Assembly (NCBI GenBank): GCA_002238705.1
Contig: MPMW01000002.1
Coordinates: 462 to 64,461 of the forward strand
Length of the DNA: 64,000 bases
From: Acidobacteria bacterium bin61
GTDB lineage: Bacteria > Acidobacteriota > Vicinamibacteria > Marinacidobacterales > Marinacidobacteraceae
Reading direction: 5' to 3'
Position 1 is the stretch's first letter. Every line of letters starts with the position of its first letter. The position numbers and the translations under genes are program-made. The notes below the pieces were generated by a model, which searched no databases, had not been told where the DNA came from, and saw only the letters and a list, made by a program, of their open reading frames with translations. Below are positions 49,621 through 60,192 of this stretch, piece by piece.

Positions 49621-52600
49621 GTGAGCGGCGCCGGTTCCGGGGCCGGGAGGAACCGCCCGTTCGTTCATCTCCACACGCACACCGAGTACTCGCTGCTCGA
49701 CGGGATGAGCCGCCTTTCCGACGTTGTCGAGCTGGCCGCGCAGGAGGGGATGCCGGCGGTGGCGATTACGGATCACGGGAATCTCATCGGCGCCCTCAAG
49801 TTCCACGAAGCTGCCGGAAAGGTGGGCGTGAAGCCCATTCTCGGGTGCGAGGCCTATGTCGCGCCGGGAAGCCGGCGTGACCAAAACCCGGATTCGGAGA
49901 ACCAGCATCTGGTTCTGCTCGCGAAGAACCGCATCGGTTTCCGGAACCTCATGCGGCTCAGCTCGATCGCCTACTCCGAGGGGTTCTATTTCAAGCCGCG
50001 GATGGACTTCGATCTCCTGGCGGAACACCACGAAGGGCTGATCGCGCTCTCGGCGTGTCCCAAGGGAATCGTGCCGCGCGAAGTGATCACCGGCGGAGAT
50101 CCCGTGGAGTGGGCCGGCCGCTACCAGGAAGTCTTCGGCAAGGACAACTACTACCTCGAGATCATGGATCACACCCCGCCGGGAGGGGCCACTCCGGAAG
50201 GCGCCCGCCTTTCCGATCTGGAGCAGCGGATTCGGACCGGAGTGGTCGAGGTCGCCCGGAAGACCGGGATCCCGCTCGTGGGCACGAACGACTCGCACTA
50301 CGCCTCGGCCGGGGACGCGGATGCCCACGACCTGCGCCTGTGCATCAGCACGAACCGGCCGGTCCGGGATCCCCGGCGCCTGAAGTTCCATTCGGACCAG
50401 TTCTTCTTCAAGACGTCCGACCAGATGAAGACGGTCTTCGACGATTGCCCCGACGCCTACCGGAACACGCTCGAAATCGCGGAGCAGGTCGAGAGTTTCG
50501 CTCTGGTCGACGAACACAGCCTGCTGCCCGATTTCGAGGTGCCCGCGGGAAGCACGCTGGACGGCCATTTCGAGGAGAATGCCCGCCAGGGTCTGGAGCG
50601 GCGGCTCGCATCCCCCGAGGTGCACGGTTCCCGGCCGCCGCGTTCCGACTACGAGGAGCGCCTCGGCGTGGAACTTGACGTCATTCGGCGGACCGGGTAC
50701 TCGGCCTATTTCCTCATCGTGCAGGACTTCGTGCGCTTCGCCCAGGATCGGCAGATCCCGGTGGGCCCGGGGCGCGGTTCGGCGGCGGGCAGCCTCGTCG
50801 CCTACGCCTTGGGCATCACCGACATCGACCCGCTCGCTCACGGTCTGCTGTTCGAGCGGTTCCTCAATTCGGAACGGATCAGCCCGCCGGACATCGATGT
50901 GGACTTTTGCGAGATTCGGCGCGAAGAGGTGCTCGACTACGTGACCGAGGCCTACGGCAGCGACCGGGTGGCGCAGATCATGACGCTCGGGACCATGCAG
51001 GCGAAGCTGGTGGTCCGCGACGTGGGCCGGATGCTCGAGTTGCCGCCGCCACAGGTGGATCGTCTCGCCAAGCTGATCCCCGACGGAATGAGCCTCGGGC
51101 AGGCGGTGGAGAGCGTGTCGGAGCTTCGGGAGGCGCGCCGCGCGCCCCAGTTCGCGCGGCTCTTCGAACTCGCCGGGAGACTCGAGGGGTTGCCGCGCAG
51201 CGTCGGGACCCACGCCGCCGGGGTGGTCATTGCCCCGCACCCGCTCGAGGACATTCTGCCGCTCTACCGCGATGTGGAGACGAAGCGTACGGGATCCGGC
51301 AGGGCCGCGGCGGCGTCCGGTCAGGCGGTGACCGTTCGCCGCCGCACACAGTGGGACATGACGGACTGCGAGAGCGCCGGGCTCTTCAAGATGGACTTCC
51401 TCGGCCTGAGGAATCTCACCCAGATCGAGGACTGCGCCCGCCGGGTGCAAGAGGACCCGAACACGTCCCGGACTGCCGAGGAAGCGGAGGCGCTCGTGCT
51501 CATCCGCGCCGGGCACTTCGAGAAGGTGCCCCCCGATCCCGAGACCTTCGGGCTGTTTGCGCGGGCGGACACCGACGGGATCTTCCAGTTCGAGAGTCCC
51601 GGGATGCGCGATCTGCTGTCCCGGTACAAACCCGAAGACCTGGACGACCTGGCCGCCATGAACGCGCTCTACCGCCCCGGCCCGCTTGAGAGCGGGATGG
51701 CGGACGACTTCGTGGCGGCAAAGAAGAAGGGCCGTCTTTCCGACAAGCTGGACCCGCGGGTGCGCAAGCTCGTCCCGGAAACGCGGGGGCTGATCGTCTA
51801 TCAGGAACAGGTCATGCTGGTGGCGCAGAAACTCGCCGGCTTTTCGCTGAACCGGGCGGACGGACTGCGGAAGGCGATGGGGAAGAAGGACCCCGAGGCC
51901 ATGGCCAAGGAGGAAGGGGGCTTCGTCGAGGGGGCAGTGGCCGGCGGCCTGTCCCGCGATGTCGCGCAGGAGACGTTCCAGCAGATCGCGAAGTTCGCCG
52001 GTTACGGATTCAACCGTTCGCACGCCGTCGGCTACGCGCTGGTCGCCTACGTGGCGGGTTGGCTCAAGACCCACTTCCCATTGCACTTCCTGGCCTCACT
52101 GCTCACCGCCCAGCACCGTTCCGGAGACAAGGACGAACGGATCGCGAGGATCCGGCAGAGCGCCGAGGCGGCGGGGATTCAGGTCTTGCCGCCCGATATC
52201 CAGCAAAGCGGCGCCGAGGCCCTGGTCGAGGGGAACGCGGTCCGCTACGGACTCGGGGCCATCAAGCAGGTGGGGGAGCGCGCCGCGCGGGAGATCGAGC
52301 GGGCGCGTCGCGCGTGCGGCCGGTTCGAGTCGCTCAGGCACTTTCTCGAGGCCGTAGAGCCGAAGGCGCTCAACCGGGGCGTCGTGGAGTCGCTTTGTTG
52401 TGCGGGAGCTCTCGATTTCCTCGGGGTTCCCCGCTGGCGGATCCTCCCGGCGATCCGGGAGGCCCTCGAAGCCGCGCACCGGGCCCGCGGCCGCAAGGAG
52501 GCCGGAGTCCAATCGCTGTTCGGGGGCAAGGCCGCGACTCCCGTGGACGTTTTTCCGGAGGCGCCCGCGTGGGTCGATGCGGAGCGCCTGCGGCGCGAAC

Positions 52601-53244
52601 GCGAGGCGCTCGGCTTTTACTGGGAAGGACATCCCGCCACGGAATACCGGGCGGCGCTCGAAACCATCGTCACGGGGCCGGTGAAGGCGGCGCTCAATGC
52701 GAAGCCGAAGGCGGCGGCGGGGGTCGTCGGCCTCGTGCGCGAATTGCGGAAGCGGACGACGAGAGGCGGGCGGCCGATGGGCCAGTTCACCCTGGAGGAC
52801 GAAACGGGAACGGTCGGGGTCGTGGTTTTTCCCGATCTGTGGGAAGGCTGCCCTTCTCTTGACGGCGAGCCGGTCGTGGTGGTCCAGGGAAACCTCAGGG
52901 GAGACGCCACGGGGAGTTCGGGCGGGGGCCGCCGTGGCCAGCGGGGTGAACTGGCCGCTTCCGAGATCCTGCTCGCGGACGAAGCGCCCTACCTGCTGGC
53001 CCACCGGGTGGAACTGTTGGTGGAGGAGCCGGAACGGTTGGGCAACGATCTAAGAGACCTGATCCGAGAGCACCCCGGGCAAAAACCCCTGCTCCTGCGG
53101 GTTCAGGTTCGCGGAGTCGAGGTCCTGCTCGAAACCGCAACTCCGATCCGGCCAAGCCGGGCCTTTGCCCGCGCCGCCCGGGAACTCCTGGGGCCGGACA
53201 CGTTGCTCCTCGACGGTCGAGCGCCCCCTTCCTTCGCGCACTAA
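49621..53244 (+). CDS. dnaE: DNA polymerase III subunit alpha
   Basis: 1207 aa. PHP domain HLHTHTEYSLLDG. Palm, fingers and OB-fold regions. GTG start at 49621. Confidence 0.95.
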   Translation: MSGAGSGAGRNRPFVHLHTHTEYSLLDGMSRLSDVVELAAQEGMPAVAITDHGNLIGALKFHEAAGKVGVKPILGCEAYVAPGSRRDQNPDSENQHLVLLAKNRIGFRNLMRLSSIAYSEGFYFKPRMDFDLLAEHHEGLIALSACPKGIVPREVITGGDPVEWAGRYQEVFGKDNYYLEIMDHTPPGGATPEGARLSDLEQRIRTGVVEVARKTGIPLVGTNDSHYASAGDADAHDLRLCISTNRPVRDPRRLKFHSDQFFFKTSDQMKTVFDDCPDAYRNTLEIAEQVESFALVDEHSLLPDFEVPAGSTLDGHFEENARQGLERRLASPEVHGSRPPRSDYEERLGVELDVIRRTGYSAYFLIVQDFVRFAQDRQIPVGPGRGSAAGSLVAYALGITDIDPLAHGLLFERFLNSERISPPDIDVDFCEIRREEVLDYVTEAYGSDRVAQIMTLGTMQAKLVVRDVGRMLELPPPQVDRLAKLIPDGMSLGQAVESVSELREARRAPQFARLFELAGRLEGLPRSVGTHAAGVVIAPHPLEDILPLYRDVETKRTGSGRAAAASGQAVTVRRRTQWDMTDCESAGLFKMDFLGLRNLTQIEDCARRVQEDPNTSRTAEEAEALVLIRAGHFEKVPPDPETFGLFARADTDGIFQFESPGMRDLLSRYKPEDLDDLAAMNALYRPGPLESGMADDFVAAKKKGRLSDKLDPRVRKLVPETRGLIVYQEQVMLVAQKLAGFSLNRADGLRKAMGKKDPEAMAKEEGGFVEGAVAGGLSRDVAQETFQQIAKFAGYGFNRSHAVGYALVAYVAGWLKTHFPLHFLASLLTAQHRSGDKDERIARIRQSAEAAGIQVLPPDIQQSGAEALVEGNAVRYGLGAIKQVGERAAREIERARRACGRFESLRHFLEAVEPKALNRGVVESLCCAGALDFLGVPRWRILPAIREALEAAHRARGRKEAGVQSLFGGKAATPVDVFPEAPAWVDAERLRREREALGFYWEGHPATEYRAALETIVTGPVKAALNAKPKAAAGVVGLVRELRKRTTRGGRPMGQFTLEDETGTVGVVVFPDLWEGCPSLDGEPVVVVQGNLRGDATGSSGGGRRGQRGELAASEILLADEAPYLLAHRVELLVEEPERLGNDLRDLIREHPGQKPLLLRVQVRGVEVLLETATPIRPSRAFARAARELLGPDTLLLDGRAPPSFAH

Positions 53245-53330
53245 CCGCCCGGACTTCCAGTCCTTGCGTCACGCTCCGCGCGTGCGCTGGTACGGGATTT
53301 GCCTGACTGCGCCTCGCTACACTTCCAATC

Positions 53331-54386
53331 GTGCAACGCGAGTTCCTCGACTTCGAAGCCGATATTCAGGCGATCGTCCAGCGCATCGAAGCACTTACCG
53401 GATATCCGGATGGCCACCGGGCGGAAATCGCCGGCCTGGAGCGGGAACTGCTGCGGCGGCGCCAGCGAACCTACGCCGGACTGACACCGTGGCAACGAGT
53501 GCGGGTGGCGCGGCATCCGGAGCGTCCCTACTCGCTCGACTATGTGGCCCGCATCTTCACCGGTTTCACGGAGATTCACGGGGATCGGCGCTACGCGGAC
53601 GATCCGGCCGTCATCGGGGGGCCGGCGTGGCTGGCTGGTCAGCCCGTCATGGTGATCGGACAACAGAAGGGGCGTGACACGGCAGAACGAATTCATCGCA
53701 ACTACGGCATGCCTCGTCCCGAGGGGTACCGCAAGGCTCTTCGTCTCATGAAGATGGCGGAAAAGTTCGGCCGGCCGATCATCACGCTCGTGGACACCCC
53801 GGGGGCATTCCCGGGCATCGAAGCCGAAGAACGGGGCCAAGCGGAGGCCATCGCTTGCAATTTGCGCGAAATGGCCCGGCTCGAGGTTCCGGTGGTGGTG
53901 GCCATCATCGGCGAGGGAGGCAGTGGCGGCGCGCTCGGGATCGCCGTGGGCGACCGGGTCCTGATGTTGGAGAACGCCATCTATTCCGTGATTTCTCCGG
54001 AAGGGTGTGCCGCGATCCTGTGGAAAGACCCGGAGCGGGCTTACGCGGCGACGGAAGAGGCGGCCGCGCGAATGCGCATCACCGCTCCGGAACATCTCCG
54101 AAACGGCCTGATTGACGAGATCGTTCCCGAGCCAGCCGGAGGGGCTCACGCGGATCACGACGCCGCGGCGGCGCTCCTCGGAGAAAAGCTGCGCCTTGCC
54201 GTGCGGGCGCTTTCGGAACTCTCCGCGTCGGACCGCCGGGAAGCGCGTTATCGGAAGTTCCGGAGCATGGGGAACGTCGGGCTTGAGGACGCCCCGTCCT
54301 CGACGCCCGGGGATCTGTCGCCCCCGACCGACAAGGGGGCGGGGCCGAGCGGGTCCACCGGCTTCCGGCCGGCTCACGCGGGCTGA
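53331..54386 (+). CDS. accA: acetyl-CoA carboxylase carboxyltransferase subunit alpha
   Basis: (V)[21 protein letters not shown]... follows E. coli AccA ([22 protein letters not shown]) closely. GGSGGALG is present. GTG start. Follows dnaE as in E. coli. Confidence 0.9.
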   Translation: MQREFLDFEADIQAIVQRIEALTGYPDGHRAEIAGLERELLRRRQRTYAGLTPWQRVRVARHPERPYSLDYVARIFTGFTEIHGDRRYADDPAVIGGPAWLAGQPVMVIGQQKGRDTAERIHRNYGMPRPEGYRKALRLMKMAEKFGRPIITLVDTPGAFPGIEAEERGQAEAIACNLREMARLEVPVVVAIIGEGGSGGALGIAVGDRVLMLENAIYSVISPEGCAAILWKDPERAYAATEEAAARMRITAPEHLRNGLIDEIVPEPAGGAHADHDAAAALLGEKLRLAVRALSELSASDRREARYRKFRSMGNVGLEDAPSSTPGDLSPPTDKGAGPSGSTGFRPAHAG

Positions 54387-54391
54387 TTCCG

Positions 54392-56551
54392 ATGTCCGCA
54401 CGATCCCGCACCCGCTCCGGCGCGTCCTCCGGAAAAGGCTCGGGCCTTTCGAAGTGGATTGCTCCGGCGGTCACGGTGCTCGCGTTCGCGGGCTTCACGG
54501 TCTTCCTGGTTCTGCGCCTTCAGGAGGGATTCGAGAGGAGGGCGGGGGAATGGTTCGGGGCCGCCGATGAGGTGCCGGTCGAGCCGGAGGAAGTGGTCTC
54601 GATGGAGGTCGAGTTCTCCCGGTTCGACGAACACGGCCGGCTGGTTCTCGAAGGCCGGGCGGAGCAGGCCCTCGGCCGCAGTGACGGCCAGCAGCGGTTT
54701 CTGGAGGTCGAAGTGCGGCTGGTCGGGGTCTTCGCCGATGGAGATGCCGTGGTTGCCGCCGACGAACTCCTTCTCGACCCACAGACCGAGGCGGTTGAGT
54801 TCATCGGCAATGCCCTGTTGCGTGTTGAGGGTCTGGAACTCTCGGGGCCGCATCTGTACTTCCGGCGTGCACCGGACCGCCTCTGGTCGCGTGACCCGGT
54901 GCAGTTCCAGAGTGACGACTTCGTCGGGATCGCCGCTTCGATGCAGTTCGAGATCGTTGCCGGGGACGTCTCCTTGCAGGGCGTGGTGGCGTTGCCCGCG
55001 GCGGGTGGGGGGTTCGCAGTGATTGCGGAGCGGGTGCGGTTCGATGGAAACACGTCCGACACCTCACTCTTCGGAGACGTGGAGATCGCGTCGGATGAGC
55101 TCACCCTTTTCTCGGAAGAGTCGGTGATCGCCCGTCGGGACCTGGAGCGAAACCGGATGCGCTCCATCGAAGCCGGGTTCGGAACGGAGCTTGTATTCCT
55201 GGATCCGCCTGGTGAGGCGGGAGACGTTCGCGTGGACGAGGCGGTCGAAGAGCGACTGGTGCTGCGCGGAGACAAACTGGAGATCGACCTGGAGGAGGGA
55301 CGGATTCCCCGCCGGATCCGAGTCGAGGAGAACCCCCTGCTGCGGAGGGGCGCGGGGGTCGAACTCCGCGGCGACGCGGCTATGTTTGCCCTTGATTCCG
55401 AGGGCACCCCGGAACGCCTCAGCATGACCGGAGAGGTCAGGTCCCGCCTTCCCGGCGGTCCGGGCCGGCAATACCTCGTTTCGGTTGAGTCGGCCGGTCT
55501 GGCGGTGGAGTTCGATCCCTCCGGGAACATCACCGAGGCGTCTTTCCAGGGGCAGGTAGAAGCGCGCCACGGTCGAGCGTCCGCCACCGCGGACAACGCC
55601 CGTTGGGACGGTGTGGACACGCTCGTGCTGGAGGGGAATCCACGGCTTGTGGATTCGTCCCTCGTCGAACTCGAGAGTGGCGATCTACGGCTGGTCATTG
55701 GAGCGCCGAGCCGCATCGAGGCAGCCGCTGCGGTGACCGCCCGCTTCCTTCCGGCCCGTCTCGACTGGCTCCCCGGGGAGTTCGAAGGCGTGGTACTGAC
55801 TGGAGAGTCGGCGGTCCTGGAGGCGGGCAGCGGGCAAGGCGTCTTCACCGGAGCGGTGCGGCTGCTGTTCGGCAAGAACCGGCTGCTGTCCGACGAAGTC
55901 AGCGTGGACGCGGAAGGGAGAACGCTGGAAGCCACGGGGCAGGTGGTCACGTCGCTGGAGCTCGAAATCCCGGCCCCTGATGCCGAGGCCGGCGCCGGAG
56001 TTGACGCCGAAGCGGGCCTTCCGGATGCGGACGCCCTTCCGGCGGAGGCCGAACCCGGCGCCGCCCGAAGCGTGGTCGTGGGTGCGGGTGATCCCGCGGC
56101 CGCCGGCGCGTCCCCCGCTTCGCCGTTCGTGTTTACCGCCCGGGCCGAGCGATTTCGCTACGACGCGAACGCTTCGCGCCTGTCGTACGGAGGATCCCCG
56201 GAACTGGAACGCCAGGGGCCATCGGGGGAGCCCAGTCGACTCGTTGCTGGAAAAATCGAGGCCGAACTGACGCCAACGGGATCTCTCGGAGCGCTGCGAG
56301 GTGTCCAGGGAGCGCGTTTCGAACGCGGCGACAACCTGGTGCGGGGATTCCGGATCCGCTACGAGCCCGGGGCCGACATTCTGCTGGCCTGGGGGGCGCC
56401 GGCCGTCGTGCAGGTGGATGGAAGAACCTCGGAGGGAGGGCTCCTGGAACTGGCGCTGGCAGACAACCGAACGAAGATCCATCCGACCCGGGTCAGGCGC
56501 GCCATCACGCGCGCCCGCATCACCAGGAGGGAAGAGCCCTCCCGCCGCTGA
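54392..56551 (+). CDS. membrane-anchored LptC/LptA (OstA-like) multi-domain protein
   Basis: N-terminal TM anchor ([23 protein letters not shown]). About 690 aa of repeated beta-rich units in the LptC/LptA style (...[21 protein letters not shown]..., ...[21 protein letters not shown]..., ...[24 protein letters not shown]...). Sits immediately upstream of lptB–rpoN, where lptC and lptA normally sit. Assigned by position and repeat character only. Confidence 0.55.
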   Translation: MSARSRTRSGASSGKGSGLSKWIAPAVTVLAFAGFTVFLVLRLQEGFERRAGEWFGAADEVPVEPEEVVSMEVEFSRFDEHGRLVLEGRAEQALGRSDGQQRFLEVEVRLVGVFADGDAVVAADELLLDPQTEAVEFIGNALLRVEGLELSGPHLYFRRAPDRLWSRDPVQFQSDDFVGIAASMQFEIVAGDVSLQGVVALPAAGGGFAVIAERVRFDGNTSDTSLFGDVEIASDELTLFSEESVIARRDLERNRMRSIEAGFGTELVFLDPPGEAGDVRVDEAVEERLVLRGDKLEIDLEEGRIPRRIRVEENPLLRRGAGVELRGDAAMFALDSEGTPERLSMTGEVRSRLPGGPGRQYLVSVESAGLAVEFDPSGNITEASFQGQVEARHGRASATADNARWDGVDTLVLEGNPRLVDSSLVELESGDLRLVIGAPSRIEAAAAVTARFLPARLDWLPGEFEGVVLTGESAVLEAGSGQGVFTGAVRLLFGKNRLLSDEVSVDAEGRTLEATGQVVTSLELEIPAPDAEAGAGVDAEAGLPDADALPAEAEPGAARSVVVGAGDPAAAGASPASPFVFTARAERFRYDANASRLSYGGSPELERQGPSGEPSRLVAGKIEAELTPTGSLGALRGVQGARFERGDNLVRGFRIRYEPGADILLAWGAPAVVQVDGRTSEGGLLELALADNRTKIHPTRVRRAITRARITRREEPSRR

Positions 56552-56558
56552 GCACGTC

Positions 56559-57452
56559 GTGACCGATTCCGCACCGGGCCTGCCCGTGTCGCCCCCGACG
56601 GGTGATCCGCCGGTCGCCTCGCCGGCGGGCGCCTCGCCGGCGGGGGGCGCGGCCGCGGGGGCCGGGGCGGCGGCCTCGCCGGGGGGCGCCGAGCCGGCGG
56701 TAGCCGAGCAGGAGTCCGGCGCCGGACATGTCCTCGCCTGTCAAGACCTGATCAAGACCTACGGAATGCGCCGGGTCGTGAATGAGGTGACGGTCCGGGT
56801 GCAAAGCGGCGAAGTGGTCGGCCTGCTGGGTCCGAACGGAGCGGGGAAGACCACTACGTTTCGCATGATCGTCGGATCGATCCAGCCTGATCACGGCACC
56901 GTGTTCCTCGATGATCGGGATCTCACCGGCCTCGCCATGCATCGCCGCGCCCGTTCGGGAATCGGATACCTCCCGCAGGAGCCATCCATCTTCCGTGGAC
57001 TCACGGTCGAAGAGAACGTGCTGGCAATCCTCGAACAGGTGCCACGGATGGGGCGGCGGGAACGGCGCGAGCGGGCCGAGGAGCTGCTTCGGGAATTCGG
57101 CCTCACCGAGCGCCGGCGCAACCTGGGACATTCCCTCTCCGGCGGCGAACGGCGGCGGGCTGAAATCGCCCGGGCCCTCGCGCCTGATCCGCGGTTCCTG
57201 TTGCTCGACGAACCATTCGCCGCGATCGATCCGATCGCGGTCTCCGAGTTGCAAGGGATCGTCGGGAGTCTGCGCGACCGGGGGCTCGGCGTGCTCGTGA
57301 CCGACCACAGCGTTCGCGAAACGCTCCGGGTAACCGACCGGGCCTACATCATCGAGGAGGGCCGGATTCTGTTTGAGGGCACCCCCGGGGAGCTCGTCCG
57401 CAGTTCCGAGGTACGCCGCGCCTACCTCGGCGAGGACTTCGAGTGGCAGTGA
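56559..57452 (+). CDS. lptB: LPS export ABC transporter ATP-binding protein LptB, with a P/A/G-rich N-terminal extension
   Basis: Walker [10 protein letters not shown], signature LSGGERRR, Walker B LLLDEP. Aligns with E. coli LptB from [12 protein letters not shown]. The only in-frame start upstream of that block is GTG 56559, which gives a ~55-aa low-complexity leader. Confidence 0.8.
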   Translation: MTDSAPGLPVSPPTGDPPVASPAGASPAGGAAAGAGAAASPGGAEPAVAEQESGAGHVLACQDLIKTYGMRRVVNEVTVRVQSGEVVGLLGPNGAGKTTTFRMIVGSIQPDHGTVFLDDRDLTGLAMHRRARSGIGYLPQEPSIFRGLTVEENVLAILEQVPRMGRRERRERAEELLREFGLTERRRNLGHSLSGGERRRAEIARALAPDPRFLLLDEPFAAIDPIAVSELQGIVGSLRDRGLGVLVTDHSVRETLRVTDRAYIIEEGRILFEGTPGELVRSSEVRRAYLGEDFEWQ

Positions 57453-58939
57453 GCACCAAGTCCGGGACCCGAACCGAACTGCGAGTCGGCGTTCGCCAGC
57501 AGCAACGCCTCACCTTGACGCCACAGGTAAGGCAGACCATCGAGATGCTCGTGCTGCCGCTTACGGAACTCCGGGTTCGGGTGCAACAGGAGTTGCTCCA
57601 GAACCCGGCGCTCGAAGAGGTGGCCGAAGAGGAGGAGGAGTCCGAATCCGAAGAGGCGGAGGCCGGGGAGGAGAACGAAACGGACGACAGTGCGCCGGAT
57701 GACGAGCCCGACCCGATGGCGGAGATCGAAGCCGAGGACTTTTTCCAGGAAAACCAGGACAACACCGGGGGGCTCGCCCTCGGCGAGGAACCGCCCGCCC
57801 TCGAGCGGACCCTGGCCGCCGGACGCACCCTCGCCCTGCATCTGATCGAGCAACTCGGTCCGTCCGTCGAGACGGAACTCGAGCGAACGATCGGCCTGGA
57901 AATCATCGGAAACCTCGACGAGAGGGGGTATCTCGATGCCTCGGTCCCGGAGATTGCCGGCAGCCTGGGTGTCGCGGAAGAGCAAGTCGAGTCGATGCGG
58001 AGGCGTATCCTGCGTTTCGATCCCACCGGCGTCGCCGCTCTGGATCTGGGGGAATGCCTGCTCGCGCAGCTCGAGGCGGCCGGCCAGTCCGGTGGGCCGC
58101 TCGGCAGAATCGTGCGGGAACATCTGGATCTCGTCATCCGGGAACGCTTTCGGGAACTTGCCAGCGTCATGGGCAGCGATATTTCGGTCGTGATGCGCTG
58201 GGTTCGCCGCATCGGGGAGCTGGACTTTCGTCCGGGCACTCAGTTTTCGCCGGGTCCGGAGCAAGTCGTGGTGCCGGATGCCCGGGCGTACCAGTTCAAC
58301 GGGGAATGGCGCGTCGAAATGAGTGACGGGATCCCGAAGCTCCGCACCAGTCCGGCCTACCGGGTGGTGCTGAAGACTCCCGACCGGCACACGCCTGAGG
58401 AACAGGCCTTTGCGCGCGATGCCTGGGTCCGCGCCAAGGGATTCCAGCGCTCGGTGCAGCAACGCCAGGAGACCGTTCGACTCGTCGCCGAGGACATCGT
58501 GCACAAGCAGACCGATTTCCTGAATCGCGGAATCGCCCATATCCGGCCGCTGGTCCTGAACGACGTCGCACAGGACATCGGACGGGCGGAGTCCACGGTG
58601 TCGCGCGTCGTGAGCAACAAGTTCCTGGAGACTCCCCGTGGAGTGATCCCCTTCCGGCGGTTCTTTCACAGCGCCCTCTCCCTTCGCGACGGACGTCAGG
58701 TGTCGTCGGAGGCGGTCCGGGCCCGGGTTCAGCGGATCGTGGAACGCGAAGATCCGCAGCACCCACTGGCGGACGACCAGATCGTTCAGCTCCTCGACCG
58801 CGAGGGGATCATGATCGCCCGCCGTACAGTGGCCAAGTACCGCAAATCCCTCAAGATTCCGTCTTCCAACGAACGGCGCGCCCGCTATCGCAACCGTGCT
58901 CCCGGACGGATTCCCGGCTGGGGACCCGCCAGGAGTTGA
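57443..58939 (+). CDS. rpoN: RNA polymerase sigma-54 factor
   Basis: Region I ([16 protein letters not shown]), acidic region II, and the C-terminal RpoN box [20 protein letters not shown] start overlaps the lptB stop. Confidence 0.95.
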   Translation: MAVSTKSGTRTELRVGVRQQQRLTLTPQVRQTIEMLVLPLTELRVRVQQELLQNPALEEVAEEEEESESEEAEAGEENETDDSAPDDEPDPMAEIEAEDFFQENQDNTGGLALGEEPPALERTLAAGRTLALHLIEQLGPSVETELERTIGLEIIGNLDERGYLDASVPEIAGSLGVAEEQVESMRRRILRFDPTGVAALDLGECLLAQLEAAGQSGGPLGRIVREHLDLVIRERFRELASVMGSDISVVMRWVRRIGELDFRPGTQFSPGPEQVVVPDARAYQFNGEWRVEMSDGIPKLRTSPAYRVVLKTPDRHTPEEQAFARDAWVRAKGFQRSVQQRQETVRLVAEDIVHKQTDFLNRGIAHIRPLVLNDVAQDIGRAESTVSRVVSNKFLETPRGVIPFRRFFHSALSLRDGRQVSSEAVRARVQRIVEREDPQHPLADDQIVQLLDREGIMIARRTVAKYRKSLKIPSSNERRARYRNRAPGRIPGWGPARS

Positions 58940-58972
58940 CCGGCAGCGGCGGCTCCCCGATACTGCCCGGCG

Positions 58973-59464
58973 ATGATCGGTATTGTCGTTGTCACCCACG
59001 GGCAATTGGCGCGGGAACTCGTTGCTGCCGCCGAAATGATCACCGGCGAGGACATTCCCAACGCCACCAGCGTTTCCATCGGTTGGCACGACGCGCCGGA
59101 CGATGCGCAGCGAGCCATCGTGACGGCGGTCGAACGGGTCTCCGGAAAGGAGGGGGCCGTGATCCTCACGGACATGTTCGGCGGCACGCCGTCCAATCTC
59201 GCCCTCAGTCTGCTCAAGGAGGGTCAGGTTGAAGTTGTGACGGGAGTCAACCTGCCCATGCTGATCCGCCTCGTCTCGATCCGCGAGGAGGAGCGGGTCG
59301 GACCCGCCGAAGCGGCGCGGGCGGCGCTTTTTCAGGGCAAGGAGAACATCTATCTCGCCTCCGAATTGCTCGGTGGCGGGCTTGGCGCAGTTCCGGCGGC
59401 GGAGGAGTCCGAGGAAGCGGCCGAGACGGCCGTGGAGAATCAGGTCGGGCCGGGCCAGGACTAG
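58973..59464 (+). CDS. PTS EIIA component, mannose/sorbose class (PTS_EIIA_4)
   Basis: MIGIVVVTHGQLARELVAAAEMITG...VILTDMFGGTPSN is the ManX-N/EIIA-Man fold with the active-site His in the VTHG context. Confidence 0.8.
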   Translation: MIGIVVVTHGQLARELVAAAEMITGEDIPNATSVSIGWHDAPDDAQRAIVTAVERVSGKEGAVILTDMFGGTPSNLALSLLKEGQVEVVTGVNLPMLIRLVSIREEERVGPAEAARAALFQGKENIYLASELLGGGLGAVPAAEESEEAAETAVENQVGPGQD

Positions 59465-59851
59465 TGTGGTGTCCCGTAAATCGTGCGAGTCACCGAGAGC
59501 GGCCCAGTTGCTATGGAAGAACGAACTCTGTCTTACATGTGGCGGGGTGAGCGGACGGACCGATCATGGACATTTCTCCCGGTGGGGGCGGCGCCCGGCT
59601 GACCCAGTTCTCCCGGTCGGGGCGGCGCGAATCGGGAGGAATACCGGGTGTATTCCGACTGATTCGGAACGCCGAGCGCAGCGGTTCAGCCGGGATGAAA
59701 CGCAAGGTCGCTTCGAAGCGGTACCCGCTGCATTCCCGCTGGCCCCCACCGGGAGACCCAGCCTGTCCTCCCGGTGGGGGTCAGCGAGGCCCGGCGGGCT
59801 CAGTTCTCCCGGTGAGGGCTCCGGGGCTCACGCCGGTTGCACCACAGGCTG
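59461..59851 (+). repeat. MITE-like intergenic repeat, copy E (ADE subfamily, + orientation, two internal insertions)
   Basis: Starts on the EIIA TAG: ctagtgtggtgtcccgtaaatcgtgcgagtcaccgagagcggc... Core gaatcgggaggaataccgggtgtattccgactgattcggaacgccgagcgcagcggttcagccgggatg. Right TIR ggttgcaccacaggctg ends at 59851, 33 nt upstream of the HPr start. Confidence 0.8.
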
Positions 59852-59883
59852 CTGACTCCCGAAGGCGTCGTCAGGAAGGGAGC

Positions 59884-60192
59884 GTGCCGGAGCGGGTCGT
59901 CCTGGTCAGGAACCAGTTGGGTATGCACGCGCGGGCGGCGGCGCGCTTCGTGAAGACGGCGGCGCGTTACGACGCGGTGGTGACCGTCACCCGGGGTGAG
60001 ACCACCATTGACGGGAAGAGCATTCTGGGACTTCTGTTTCTCGCGGCGGCCAAGGGCAGCCGGTTGCGGATCCACACTTCGGGGCGCGAGGCGGAGCCGG
60101 CGCTCGAAGCGCTGGCCCGGCTGGTCAACGACGGAATCGGAGAGCCGTCCCAGGCGGGGACCGACGGGGCCCACCCGGGTGACGGACGATGA
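59884..60192 (+). CDS. ptsH: phosphocarrier protein HPr
   Basis: GTG at 59884 with GGAAGGGAG upstream. VLVRNQLGMHARAAARFVKTA... carries the HPr active-site His in GMHAR. The upstream part of the ORF-track entry is a translation of repeat E. Confidence 0.8.
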   Translation: MPERVVLVRNQLGMHARAAARFVKTAARYDAVVTVTRGETTIDGKSILGLLFLAAAKGSRLRIHTSGREAEPALEALARLVNDGIGEPSQAGTDGAHPGDGR

